64,000 nt of DNA from Eledone cirrhosa (Eukaryota): positions 305,350,001 to 305,414,000 of the forward strand of contig OZ024741.1 in NCBI GenBank assembly GCA_964016885.1. The letters run 5' to 3'. A program made the position numbers and the translations under genes. A model generated the notes under the pieces. That model searched no databases, was not told where the DNA came from, and worked only from the letters and a program-made list of their open reading frames with translations. This document shows positions 11,603-25,000 of this stretch, one piece after another. Numbering within the stretch: position 1 is the first letter of the stretch; every line of letters begins with the position of its first letter.

Positions 11603-14600
11603 ATTTGTTAAAGGTATGAAAATCTGAGGACACAAATTCGTATGACTTATTTTTGTCATTTCTTTAAATAATCATTTCACCTAACCTTAAATCACTCAAT
11701 CATGACGAAAGGAAAGACAAGACCTACATATAGATAATAAAAAAGAAAAATAGGCCACACACCTTTAACAATCATGAACTATGATACTTTGTAGAAAATG
11801 AAAATATCTCATCTGATTCATTGGATTAATTTTGCATTCCTCACTCATATATATGTGTGTGTGTAAACACACACAAGCTGACTGAGGAATTTACCCCTAA
11901 CTTTAACATTAATTTTAATTCAGTGATTCTCAAACTGGAGGAACTTGGCTCCCAGGACGGGAATTTCAAATCTCAGGAAAGAAATGTTAGTCAAGGGAGG
12001 AATCTAAACAGGGAAAGAATAGTGTACAGTGTGTGTGTGTGTGTGTGTATATATATCTATATATATATCAAATTAAATGCCAATATACCCAACTATATGG
12101 TTGATCATGAACTAACAGTTCACAAAAAAAAAGCAAAAAAAACAACAACAACAAAAGAACTGTTGCTTCACACATAATCCACAATTATTGAGATTTGAAA
12201 AGCTTCCTCATGTTAATATGGGCGAAAATTTACTTAATTCCTCCACTCCTACTTCATTTTGAAATATCATTGAGTAATCCTTATGTTGCAAGGAGAGGAA
12301 TGTGACCTAGGACTCTGAGAACCACTGCCTAATCCAGTGAAGCAGACAGACAAGATATTTTCATTTTCTTATTTCGAAATCTGTTATCAAGGACTCCACC
12401 CTTTTTTTTTACCTTACATATTCATATTTTCGTTGAGGTTTTTGTGCTCCATATCTACATTACATTTCTTTTAGTATATTCTTGAATTATTTTGAAAATC
12501 TACCTAAAGAATAGTTTAAAAAATGGAGCAAATCCAAGTATTTGAAATATATACTGATACTAATAAAATGTCTATTGAAAAAAATAAAAAACAAAAGCCA
12601 AATTAATTGTTTAAAATACCAATACCAATGCTACTGGCTTGGCCCTGGTTCTAGTTCTATTTGAAAAGGTTCCTATTTAAATTAATATCTTCTAAAATAT
12701 ATATCTCATGTTAAATCACTATCTTAGTTATGAAATAATAATTTTAGTAAATCTCTCAAAATTTTACATTAATCAATTCAAAGTGTGTGTATTTCATTGG
12801 AAATATGGCCATGAAAGGATTAACCCAGAAAGAAGCAAGTATGGAGCAGGTTTCTCTTAGGAAATGAAAAAAAAAAAAAGAAAAAAAATTGTTGGATCTA
12901 TGTATTTATTACAAATCAAACAAAATTATTTATTTAAAAATAACAATCTAAAGAACTTTTTGTCCTAAATTAAAGAGATCATTAATAAAACCAACATAAA
13001 AAAAGATCAACTTTCAAGTGATGTTGAAGATACATTAAACCACCAACTTGCCTGATATTAATACAATATTTGATAATTCTATCATTAAAAGAATATTAGC
13101 TCAATGTTGTTATTAATTGTTTATAAAAAATAACATTAATTAAATAAATAAATTATTTATAAAACAGTGTTATTATTCTTTATGGTATCATAAATTTATG
13201 ATGATGAATGGACAGAATCGTTAGTGTGTTGGATTAAATGCCTTAATATTTGTTCTAACTCAGTGCACTGTCAGTTCAAATCTGGCTGAGGTCAGAATGA
13301 TTGCAAGTGGTAACCTTTTATTGACTGGTTCTTGCTAGTATCATTTCCCACTATATACATGCATCTAAACAATTACAATAAGTTGTAAATAATATTTATA
13401 GTTAGCAGGATGGTGGAATGGCAGAATCACTAGAGCATTGGACAAAATGCTTTCTGGCATTCGTTTCGGTTCTTTACATTCTGAGTTCAACTTTGCCTTT
13501 CATCTTTCTGGGGGTCGATTTAATTGAATTTCCTCTCCCCCACAAAACTGCTGGCCTTGTGCCTAAATTAGAAATTATTAAGAGTGGCGGATTGGCAAAA
13601 TTGGTAAAGTGTAAGATAAAATGCCATTGCAGTATTTGTTCTGAATTTAAATTCCACGAAGGTCAACTTTGTCTTTCATCCTTCTGGGGTTGATAAAATA
13701 AAGTACCAGCCAAGTACTATGGGTTGATTTAATTGATTTTTTCCTCCTACAAATTGTTGGCCTTATGCTTAAATTAGAAATCATTATCTATAGTTAGCCT
13801 TTTGATGTTTGGTGTATTAAAAACTAACAATTAAATACCAAGAAACATATTTCCATTAAGACTGAATTATATTCTTGGATGAAGAAGTGACAGAAGTTCC
13901 CAGTGGAAGGAAGATGCAGTAGTAAAGGAAGGCTAAGGAAAACTTGAGCAGAGGTGGAGAGACAGAATCTGAAAATGCTGAACTTCATAGAGAAGATAAG
14001 AAGGGAATGCAACATATAGAGGATGGATACTTACAGATTTTTGCTATGTAGCTAAAATGTTTAGTGACGTATTTAATGGCAGCAGAAATATTATTTTTTA
14101 TATATTTAGTTTAATTATACAAAATTGTATAAAACTGTGATCATTTAAGGTTCACTAATGCTTCTCTCTAATGTCTGAACTCTACATGGTCTAGTTGACC
14201 TTAATGGTAGTAACAACTCTGTTGACAACAGAGAAACTTCTTCTTCACCCACTTATTCCCAAGAGGGTCATGGGGACACAGTTCTCAAACACTCTTTTCA
14301 GCGAGTCCTGTCAGAAGCTACTGTCTCCAACTGATCTGGCTGAATCCCCAAGTGAGACCAGCTGAGCTCATGGATGTTATCCAACAATCTTGCTCAGGGT
14401 CTACCTGTAAAATCTATCCAGCGATTCTTTCCTGAGACATTCGAACCACCTGCCCATAGTATCGGAGTTGTGATCTCTCAATTCAACAGAGACAAAAAGA
14501 AAAATCAAACCTTGTGAAACTTGCATTTGGGACATAAAAAGTTGTTTTACCAATCATGCTATGCAGTGCACTAAATATTGCAATATGATGCTAATATATT

Positions 14601-14829
14601 GTATTACATTGTTGGGAAATATTAGTAAAATATTGTTTATATTTTTTTTCTTTTTGCCCCATGATTATTTCTAGCTTAATATTTAATGTTCCCTACATTA
14701 AATGGAATGGATCTTAGTCAAGTTTTGATGATGAGTGTTCCTGTTGTTTGATCATTGGAACACCATGCTCATGAAATTAACATGTAAGTGACTGAGATTT
14801 CCACAGAAACGTGTACCCATATCATGATT

Positions 14830-15150
14830 CTCAGGGAGATTCAGTGAAATAGTGTGTGTGACAAGGCTGGCCCTTTGAATTACATGTACAGTCATAATGA
14901 GTGTCCTCACAACATAATTCTCATGGAGATTCAGTATAACACTGTGTGTGACAAGGCAGGCCCTTTGAATTACAGGTACAATCCATGTATGTGTATCCAT
15001 AACATAGTTCTCAGAGAGATTCAGTGAATCAGTGTGTGATAAGACTGACCTTTTGAATTACAGGTACAGTCTTTGTGAGTGTACATATCAGGGAGATTCA
15101 GAGTGATACAGTATATAAGACAAGTCTTTTGAATTACAAGTACAGTCCAT
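14830..15150. repeat. About 90 bp tandem minisatellite (about 4 units) amplified from a SINE internal segment
   Basis: GGAGATTCAG...GACAAGGCTGGCCCTTTGAATTACA unit recurs near 14830, 14920, 15010 and 15088; reverse complement of SINE body at 50875-50940. Confidence 0.75.
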
Positions 15151-15426
15151 GTGTTGGGCTTCCAAACAGTTTCCCTCTACTCAATTTAACTCACAAGACA
15201 TGGGTCGACGAGAGGCTATGGCAAATGACATGTGTCTAAGTGGGATTGAACTTGAAACCTAATGATTGCAAAGCATATTTCTTAACCATTTGGCCAGGCT
15301 ACATAAGCTACAATTAAATATATTTACACTAATTGAGCATATTCTTTATGATCGAAGATACTGTTTTTTTTCTTCAAAAGACAAGTTTAGAAAATTTACC
15401 CTGGATCTTAAATGTCAAAAGTTACA

Positions 15427-16470
15427 TCTCTCTCTATATAAAATTCTTTGTCTCTCTGTTCCTATGCATTCTCAAACGGCTCGACCAAATCAAATCAAAT
15501 TTTACAAGGATCCTGGGAGTGTCAACATGTAATTTTTATTTTCATTTGGATTAAAAAATATAACATTTTATCTAAAATAATCTTTCTATAGTCAACTATA
15601 GCAAACCACAACGATGACGACGTCACATTTTGTATGAGTGTGTGTTTGTGAGTTTGTTATGTACATTAGGCTTCAGAGAATTAAACACACACATACATAT
15701 AGCCTTAGTAAGTTGCATACACATTATCTTCACACACACATCTACGCATACATATACATGTAGTGACAGACAAGTAATGAATGTATGCCTGTCTTAGTAT
15801 ATGTATGTGAGAGTGTCTGTGAGTGTATGTGTGTGTGAGTGTATGTGTGATCATTTTTATTTTTTGTTAGGCCTCAGAGAATTAAACACACATCTACGCA
15901 TACATATAGCCTTAGTAAGTTGCATACACATTATCTTCACACACAGAGAATTAAACACACACACACGTCCCATCCTTGCAAGCAGGCATAAAATGATGAT
16001 GACATATCTACACATACAGATACATATGTGGTGATAGCCAATACGTGTGCGTGAATGTATGTCTGTGTGTGTCTGTTTTAGTATATGTATGTGAGTGTAT
16101 GTGTGATAATTTTTATTTTTATTTGGATTAAAACAATAGAAAACAACACGTCACATTTTGTATATGAAATATGTATGGGTCTGTGAGTGTGTGCACGTTC
16201 ATTAGGTACATTATTAAATACACACAGACATCTACACATACATATACACATGTGACAACTGACAAAAAAAAATGAGGTGAAAGCTATGCATGTGTCTGCA
16301 TGAATCTATACCTGTGTGTGTCTGTCTTAGTATATGTATATAGACACCAACAGAAAATTACACAATGAATATTGTTTACTCTAAGGTACTTCAAAATTGA
16401 CAGATTTTCATTTCTAAATTCTACTGTCATTACAATTTAGATATTTTTTTACCCCGGGCAATTCAGCTAG
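15427..16470 (+). mobile_element. Non-autonomous Helitron-like element
   Basis: A|TCTCTCTCTATATAAAA 5' end; CCCGGGCAATTCAGCTAG|T 3' end (hairpin partly deleted); internal duplications. Confidence 0.6.
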
Positions 16471-16659
16471 TCAGTCATAAAACTAAACCTAAATTTTCAA
16501 AATTTAGCAACCCAAAATTAGATGTGGGTGTGGTGTCCATGTTAGTGGAGTGTCTTTGAAACCAAGAAATTCAGTTATTATTGTTTTTCATGTAGATGAG
16601 TGATAACTCGTGGTCAAAAAGTAGTCAGTGGATTCAAGATTTTACATTTGAACAGAACT

Positions 16660-17710
16660 TCTGTTACATGACCCTAATTGCCAGGTTCAAGCTTAATGAA
16701 GAGGATGAAAATGCAAGCAACTATCTATATCCAGAAATTCTGGAACACTATGTGTTCAATTAAACCAACAGAAAATGGACACCAAGAAGAAGGAAGAATA
16801 ACACCATTAACAGAATGTACACAGTCAGCCCTAGAGTTGTTGAAACATTTTATTTAAGAATATTGTTAGTTCATGTGCCAGGCTAAGAGTTTTGAAGAAC
16901 TACAAACAATGGAGGTAGAAACATTTCTAACTTTCAAAGAAGCATGCTTGCGACTTAGTGTTATAGAAAATGACTATTTCAGCCAAGCTCTGAAGGAAGC
17001 TGCTACCCATTACATGCCAACACAGCTTCGTATGATGCTCGCTGCTCTGTGTTTATTCTGTGCTAGTCAATGCACTACAGTCGTGGAACACCCATAAGGA
17101 GTCAATGATTGAGAACGATTTGCATCAAGGGATAGATGGCCAGAAAACTGAAAATATGGCACTTGGTTACATCAAAACTATATTGATTGAAAATGGTACC
17201 AACTGTGCAAGACTGGACCTACCCAGCCCATTGAGATGCTTGAACCGGATCCCAAGCTGACATCAACCACCCCAGTATTTATTCTCTAACTGAAGAGCAA
17301 TAAGTGATTGCTGATACTGTAATTGATGCTGTTCAACAGGAGAGAAAAGGTGAAAAGCCTGCACATACCTGCTTCAAAGTAGATGCACTTGGAGGGTGTG
17401 GAAAAACATACTTGTTCAATACATTGATTTCTCATCTCCAGATGAATAACTATCACGTGTGTTGCAGTGCTTGGACTAGCATTGCATCTACACTACTGCT
17501 GGGAGATTGAACTATGCACAATTTATTTAAACCACCTGGTACACTAACAGGGACCAGTGTGTGTAATGTTTGGCTCATCTGACCATGCCAATTACTTATG
17601 GAACCTGGATCTCATATTACTGGAGGAGACTTCTATGATTCCTTCCTATGAAATTCATGCATGGTGTCAATGAAATGTTAGGAGGAAAGGTTTTACTTTT
17701 GGGAGGTAAA
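16660..17710 (+). pseudogene. Decayed Helitron Rep/Hel (PIF1-like helicase) coding fragment
   Basis: Across frames: YLYPEILEHYVF, RMYTVSP...FYLRILLVHV, TFKEAC, MPTQLR, Walker A DALGGCGKTYLFN, AWTSIASTLL, GGKVLLLGG; stops and frameshifts. Confidence 0.88.
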
Positions 17711-19387
17711 TAAAAACATTCTATATAGTTTTATGTAGATTGTATATAATTGTTTCTACTTTTGGCACAAGGCCAGCAATTAACCCAGTGTATTACTGGT
17801 GCTTTATTTTATCGACCCCGTAAGGATGAAAGACAAAGTTAACCTCGGCGGGATTTGAACTCAGACCATAAAGGGCTGTAACTCTTTGCTGTAAAACATG
17901 GCGTCCGACCCTTGCCAAGTAAGTATAAAATATTGCGTAATAAGGAATACACAATTATATATTGATCTTGCAGCTTCAATAAAATTAAAGGAACAGGCTA
18001 CGTAGCCGGTCCTGGTGTAATAGACAAACATGCTTTTTAAGCTTATTTTACCGATAAACCCTAAAGGGACGCAACTCTAGCCGAAGTCCCGGAAGCTTAT
18101 TTTACCACTAAATAATTGTTTCTACTTTATGCACAAGGCCAGCAATTGGGGGATGGAAAAGTCGATTAGATCAACACTAGTGCATAACTGGTACTTTATT
18201 TTATCGACCCCCGTAAATTTTTACCACTAAATAATAGTGTTTTAGAACCCAGGTAGTCTTTAACCCAGAGCGTGACTTTCTGCAAAAATTCTTAATTTCG
18301 AAAATGTTTGACTCTGCTAAAATTTTTAAACCATGGAACTCAGTAGATGTATGTGTATGTAACTAAAGCGTAATGTACATTACGAATAGACAAAAACACA
18401 AACAGAATTAAAAGATTATGACTAAATGATTTTACCGGGAATGGCTACATAGCCTTTTCCAAAATTAAATACTAACGAATGATATGTATATTAAGTATTG
18501 TATAGATTGCTATTATATATTTTTGTATCATTTCTTGCACAGGCGACAAGATTTATATGCAAATCATCCTTTCTTTCTTAAATAACTCCTCTTAATTTTT
18601 GTTCATTCAGTGGAATCCAAGGGTTCCTCTAGTACTATAAGAGCCGTGTCTGTCAGTCCGACCGTCACGATCTCTACATAGACGGAAGGAAACACTAAGT
18701 CACCTCCTTCTCTATCTAACTAATTAAAGCGTAAATTGCAAACGAACGAAAAGAACACGCATCCTATCAAAATAACAGTATCGCGCGAGCCCTGGGAAAT
18801 ATCTGTAATGATTTTTAAGGCAAGCCAGCACGCTCGCAGGGTTACCTCGAGTGATGGCGAGGCTGATGCGCTGGAACAACCAAGCGCCCTCGCGAGCTTT
18901 TACAGTTATGTAAAAATTTAGTTTGTTTTATATCGCTTTATTAAATTTGAAATTTGTATAACACATTGAACAATAATGATAAGTAATGGAATACATTTTT
19001 ACATAAACTAACATACAACTCATTAAGAACACTAAAGTTTCATGTGCTCAGTTTTTTTATAAAATAAAATTGTCATTTGCTTCGGAAAAAAAGGTCTAAC
19101 ACTGATTCTTTGAGAACTTATTTCGCATAGGACAACTAGTGATAAAGTGTGGTTTGGACCTTTATCGGTTTCGACAACGAGCAGTCTGGGTGATTCTGAG
19201 CGAACAGCTTACACATATAATAGATTCAGTGTCACGGCTGGCCACGCCGCACACCTTAACCACAAAGCCACGCTCACGTAACTTAACATATTATATAATA
19301 TATTTATTGTTTGGTTTGATAAAATTATTTTGTTTCAATTTATAATTTTGGCACTACAACACTATTAGCTGTCAGTCGAAGCAGCCG

Positions 19388-19428
19388 ATGAAAGCAAAAC
19401 ATCGTTTATTTCCGTATTACTACCACGC
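19388..19428 (+). CDS. ABCD4: Candidate alternative first coding exon of ABCD4 (MKAKHRLFPYYYHA)
   Basis: ATG plus 41 nt ending at phase-2 donor GC|gtaagt, in frame with exon at 34697; CpG-rich context; no homology support. Confidence 0.3.
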
Positions 19429-20035
19429 GTAAGTGGAGTTACTTAAATGAAAAATTTTTTTTTTCACGCGTTTTTAATTTTTTTTTTTATTAAAGCATAT
19501 AGATGTAAGTGGAGTTACTTAAATGAAAATATAGGTGGCCCTTAAAAGGGCCAAATTAGAATATACCGCTGCGTTTTTACAGTTTTACTAGTTACACATA
19601 CACACACACACACACATATATATATACACACACGGTGTCCCCTCCAAAATATATACACTTTTTTGGGACACTGTGTTTGTATATATATATATATATTGGG
19701 GGAAGGGAGAAATTTTTGGAAGCTATACCTGACATAATAAAAAACCAAAATACACTAACATTTGTCGGAATATCAATCACGAGAGTAGATAAATAAATAT
19801 ATAAATACATAAATAAGAAAGGATAGAAAAGGAAAAGAAAATCCCTACATTATGTAATATTCCCAGTCACCCCTAAATTTCAAAACCGGGAGGGAAAAGT
19901 CCGAGGGTTAAAATCCCAAATGATGGTACCTCAAATACTAGTGTATCCCTTCGCATTACAGTTTAAAGCAATATATATGATCGCTTTGATGACTCTTATT
20001 CGTTTCTAAGGGTCTCGTTTTTTTCTCTTCTTTCT

Positions 20036-20080
<45 letters not shown>

Positions 20081-20085
<5 letters not shown>

Positions 20086-20265
20086 TGAGATTCTACAGGA
20101 CTAGAACTGTTTCATTCTTTAGAAATCATCAGAGATTCCTGATGATTTCTAAAGAATGAAACAGTTCTAGTCCTGTAGAATCTCATCTATATTAAAACTT
20201 TTATACTCTGCAATGTATTGAGTACCTTACTTACTGTGGTTACCTCCGATTCAACCCGGAATAAC
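20081..20265 (+). mobile_element. Short PLE remnant (3' end of the Naiad-like family) with inverted 5' duplication, in (TA)n
   Basis: 20133-20265 nearly identical to 60110-60243; 20081-20132 is the reverse complement of 20139-20190. Confidence 0.88.
20133..20183 (+). ncRNA. Type I hammerhead ribozyme motif
   Basis: AGATTC-CTGATGA-t-TTC taaa GAA-t-GAAA-CAG ttctagtc CTG-TA-GAATCT. Confidence 0.75.
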
Positions 20266-20916
20266 ATATATATATATATATGTCAAAATCTTTCCCTCTG
20301 TCTATCTCTTTCCCTCTCTGTCTACCTTTTGCCATAAAAACGATAATGATAATCAATTCAATTAAGAAATATATATATATATTATTAGTATTATTATTAA
20401 AATTAAATACCATTTATTCTGCGGCAGAGAGCTTCATCTTCTCCATCATTCGCTCCTCCAGAATCATAGAATCGTAGTACTCGTCGTTATTGTATGTGTG
20501 TGTTTCTGCGTGTATATATATATATATATCATCACAGTAAGACAAATATCCATGTGTAGTTGAAGAGGATAAGTATGAAAGAACAGTCATTTAAATTTAC
20601 AGATGGACAGATGTGGTGTTTGGCAGGGTTTGAGATATATAGAAAAATAATTATTTACAGAAAAAGAAAATAATAATAAAGAATTATTATAATTTTTTTT
20701 AGCATTTATATCTTTTTGGACTACACATGTATATTTGTCTTACTGTGGAGAAGGAATTAGAAACAGTTTTATCAAACTTCACTGCTATTCGGGAACATAC
20801 AAAGCGAACTTTGGGTGACATACCAACTTCTGTTGATAATATAAGGAAAGAAATCAGTGAAGGTATTTATTACATTTTGATTGCATTTTTATTACAACCA
20901 CTAATACTTACTATTA

Positions 20917-21325
20917 TACCGAGGGGCCCTGCCCGTTCGGGAAAGGCTCTACAGACACGGATTCCGGGACGGAAACCCCTTGGAAAAGAAATGTCCCAGA
21001 TGCGTTTGCAACGAGGAAACTGTGGGGATATGTCGCCGGCCAACAAATGGTCCTCTTCTTCCGATACCACTTCGAAAGAAGGATCAAGGTGGAGAAAAAG
21101 GGCACTCAGTCCCAGCCAATTCCATGAAAGATGGGTGAAAGTAGCAATAATGGCCCGTGTAAGTGGGCCATCTCTCTATACCGGCTTGTACAGGTAAGAG
21201 GAGAAGGGAGCACCCCCCTCTCTCTGTGCTCCCTGGCAGAAAGGTCTCACACTTTCTACGGGGGGTGTGTGTGACCCCAAAAGGCTAATAAATCGCAAAA
21301 AAACAAACAAACAAACAAACAAAAA
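20917..21325 (+). mobile_element. Tx1/L1-clade LINE 3' end (zf-RVT region, 3'UTR, A-rich tail)
   Basis: YRGALPVRERLYRHG...KCPRCVCNEETV, then FFRYHFERRIKVE and LSPSQFHERW; AATAAA followed by A-rich tail. Confidence 0.75.
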
Positions 21326-21599
21326 AGGGGCAAATAAAGAAATCTATGCCCCAGTGGCAAATAAATCGCAAAAAAAAAAAACAATAAATAAATCTATATT
21401 TCTTTTAACGGCTAAAAAAAGGGGAATGTAAATTTGTTGGAATAGCCTCATACATTGAAGTAAGCAGCAACTACAGCAAGTAAGCGGCATTTAGTCCACT
21501 AAAATTGGATATCGCCGAAGAAACTAAACAGTAAATCAATATTTACCTCTCAAGTAAAAAAACCTTCCTAACCCATTCACTCCTGGGAGGGTCGTCCTC

Positions 21600-22050
21600 A
21601 AACACTCCTAAATTAAAAAAGCGGTGAATTTAAATGTTTTACGTCGGAAGTTCAAACTCATCGTGGTTGACTTTACCTTTCAGCTTTCTAAGGTCAACAG
21701 AATTAGTTGTAGACAAGTGCCGAGGTATAGTTAATAGACTATATGCTCCTTAAAACAAAAAAACTAATATTTTTTTCTGGAGTACTGCGGTGAACAGGTG
21801 TATAGAAGGGGGCAAAAAACAACTATATCAATGCGCGATAACAAATTTCTACGCGCATAAAATATATTCCTACAATTTCTGATGTTTTTCACAAGTTTTT
21901 TTATTTCGCGGGCAATGCATGGATCCGATTTGTTGCTACTTTCATGGATTGTAATATACACATTGTAAAATGTATGGAACATTTCGCTGGGGCGAAACTA
22001 CAATTACATCAATATTTTTTTAATTAATGCTATTATAAGTATCATATAAG
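21600..22050 (+). promoter_or_regulatory. Putative ABCD4 promoter / 5' region in a CpG-retaining zone
   Basis: Local CpG retention, CGGAAG (ETS-like) near 21646, TTTCGCGG (E2F-like) 21904-21911, directly upstream of candidate start exon. Confidence 0.35.
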
Positions 22051-22079
22051 ATGGATCATGTTCAGGGTACGACAGCAAA
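22051..22079 (+). CDS. ABCD4: Most likely first coding exon of ABCD4 (MDHVQGTTAK)
   Basis: aagATGG context, phase-2 donor AA|gtgagt joins in frame to G CTC AAG TTT GAT at 34697. Confidence 0.55.
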
Positions 22080-25000
22080 GTGAGTTATTTAAAATTGCTT
22101 ACCTTTGTATATTTCATTTATTCTTTCCTTTAAATTTTATCTCTATACGTACAGATTTGTTTAATGTCTTATTTTATTTTATAATAAATATTTTTTAAGT
22201 TGTTCACTTATCCATGTCAATGAAGATTTTTATCAGTGGAATCTACTTGCTTCAGTAGTACATATACTGTTTTGATTGCAATACTAACGAGCATCTCTAG
22301 TAATTCAACATAGCACTAGCCCTAGGTCAGCCACGATCAGGCAGACCTATAATTGTTTCTACTTTAGGCACAAGGCCAGCAATTACTCAGTGCATTACTG
22401 GTACTTTATTTTATCGACCCCGTAAGGATTTTCAGACAGTGTATTCAGGACTAAATTATCAATTTCACCCTTTTTAACGACGATCGGGTTTGATTTAAGG
22501 GAAATATTGTTACTAAAAGAGTAAACCTGTCCCTTAACATGTGTGAATGATGTGATTTTTATAGAATACTGGTGCTTTATTATTTATTTAAAAAAAAAAA
22601 CAATAAACCAAGCGCACTGACCGGTTACATTACTTGTCCAATGTCCTTGTACGTTTTGTATCCAACAAAAGGCGATGCAGAGACAAAATGGGTACATAAC
22701 CGGAAAAAAACAGCAACTGCTTTTCACGATTTAGTTTTGTCCTTTACGCCTGAGTTCAAATTCCAATGAATCGAATTTCGCGTTTTAGCTCTCCAGAGTT
22801 AATTAAATAAATACCAATAACTGGATTTAATCAACAGTGTCCCTCCTTTACTATTTACTGATATCAGTTTTGCAAATCTATGAATAAGTCGTGTTTCCTT
22901 GATGGAAAGGCGAAAACAATAACAATCCGACCTTCTTTAAACACGAGACAAAAATTTCCATCAAAATTCGTCTGATGTTTGTATTATTTAATCAAATTCG
23001 GAAACTGTTTGAAAGTTTAAAAAAATGTATTTATTTTAATTGTATTATTTACCTATTGTACAAATAAAATTCCAGGCTCTAACACGGTTGCTCGATTTGC
23101 TAAAAACAGCTGCAAATCTCACTTAAAACAATACACTAGTCTTGTAAAATAGCAGTTAAATTAGATAAAGCTGTTATAGGCATACATAAAGATGTTATAT
23201 CAGAGATGATGTTGGAATTAATCAACAAAATTAAAGAGATCGATTTCATGGTGCAACGTCATTAATTTGAAGGAGGAGGGATTGATACGAATGACTTGTT
23301 ATTTTATCGATCTTTCGATTGGACGAAAAGTACAGTGGACCCACTACGACAAAAACATGTGTAAAATATGTAACAAACATTTCAGTGTGAAAAAAATGTG
23401 TTAATGTTTATAACATTTTAAGATTAAAACATTTATTTAATAGATGTTGTATAAGTGGCCATGTGGTTAGGGTATTGATTTACTATCATAAGGTCGTGGG
23501 TTCGATTCCTGGACCAGATACCGCGTTGTATTCTTGAATAAAACGCTTCATTATGTTGCTTTTCATGATTGGACTGGGGTTCCTGTCATAAAAACACCTG
23601 AAAAACCTCGTAGGAGGTCAACCAAACCCGCATAGGTGGGAGCTGTAAATTTCTTTTTTTCGTATTTTCTTCCTCTTGTCTTGCATTTTATGTACAATTA
23701 TTTATGTTCTTAGGTTTTTCTTCATTCTTCATTAACTACCAATAACCTGTGTATATGTAGTTGTACCAGCTTATTGTAGATCATCACCTTTTAACGTCAA
23801 TTTTCTATGATTGCATGTTTGACGGGTTGTCATATATTAAGGCTAGACTGGTTAGGTGACAACGTCTTGCATGTACATTTCTTTTATGGCTTGGGTTCTA
23901 GGTCTGGATACCCCTCCAAATGCCAACCACTTTACAGTGTAGACTGGGAGTATTTTGTCATGACCCCAGCACGACCATCTGACAGGGTGGGATAGGGGCT
24001 TTTTGTTGTGTCACCAGCCCTACCACATTTACAGTGTGGGCAGGGTGCCTTTTTGATTGTGGTACTAGCATTTGGAAGGTATTATACCACTGTGGGAGAG
24101 GAAGCGTTGGGTTATGGAAGTGGTATATTGTGAGGCATGCCTGGCTTTCCATGATGGCATGGGTTAGACAAGCAAAGTGAATCAGGGATGTGGGCGGGAG
24201 GAGAGAGTGCATCTGTGTATCTGGTATTTCTGCCATATATCAACAAACTATTCTACATAAAAAAAAAAAATCAATAATGCAAAATTATGTGAAAGCATCC
24301 GAACTCTCTCCTTCTCTATTCATGCATCTATAAATGGCAATTTAAATCTATTACAGGAACTCTCAATAATAGATAAAATATTATCAAATGCCATAAATGT
24401 CCCAAATGCCACAGGCTGAAAAATGTAGTTTTCCCATAAATCACAGTATTTCAAAATTTTGACTGCAGTACTATGATCCCTACCTTTGACTCAGCATCCA
24501 GGATTTAGGAACGAAAGAAAGAGTTGCTGACTGTAATGTCCTGTATGAGGCATCTACTTTTAGCCCTATTACTAAATTGATGTGTCTGTATCATATCATC
24601 ATCATCATCGTTTTAATGTCCACTTTCCCTGCTAGCAAGGGTTGGCTGGGTCTACATTAGACCCTGTTAGAACTGAATTGGGGTTACTGACCTCCCAGAC
24701 AGGCCAGGGGTCTGCATCCCTTTTGTACAGTCTCATGTTCTACTGAGTGCACATGAGAGGTTGTCACGTCTTTGACACAACTGAAGGGACCTACTAGCTC
24801 TTTGTTTGGCAAGCTTTCTACAGCTGGCTGTCCTTCCTATCACCAACCACTTTACAGCGTGTACTGGGTGGTACATATATTGTGTAGATCACCAACACTA
24901 GGGAGGTTGTTATGTCCTTGACACAATTGAAGGGTCCTCCCAATCCTTTGTTTGGCAAGCTTTCTATGACTAGATGCCCTTCCTATCACCAACCACTTTA

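Noticed and set aside
20413-20492. Minus-strand coding-looking peptide NNDEYYDSMILEERMMEKMKLSAAE*
   Set aside because: Too short, no convincing acceptor or partner exons, runs into microsatellite
20727-21197. 156 aa ORF as a single gene
   Set aside because: Chimera of an exon-like segment, intron-like sequence and an out-of-frame LINE 3' fragment
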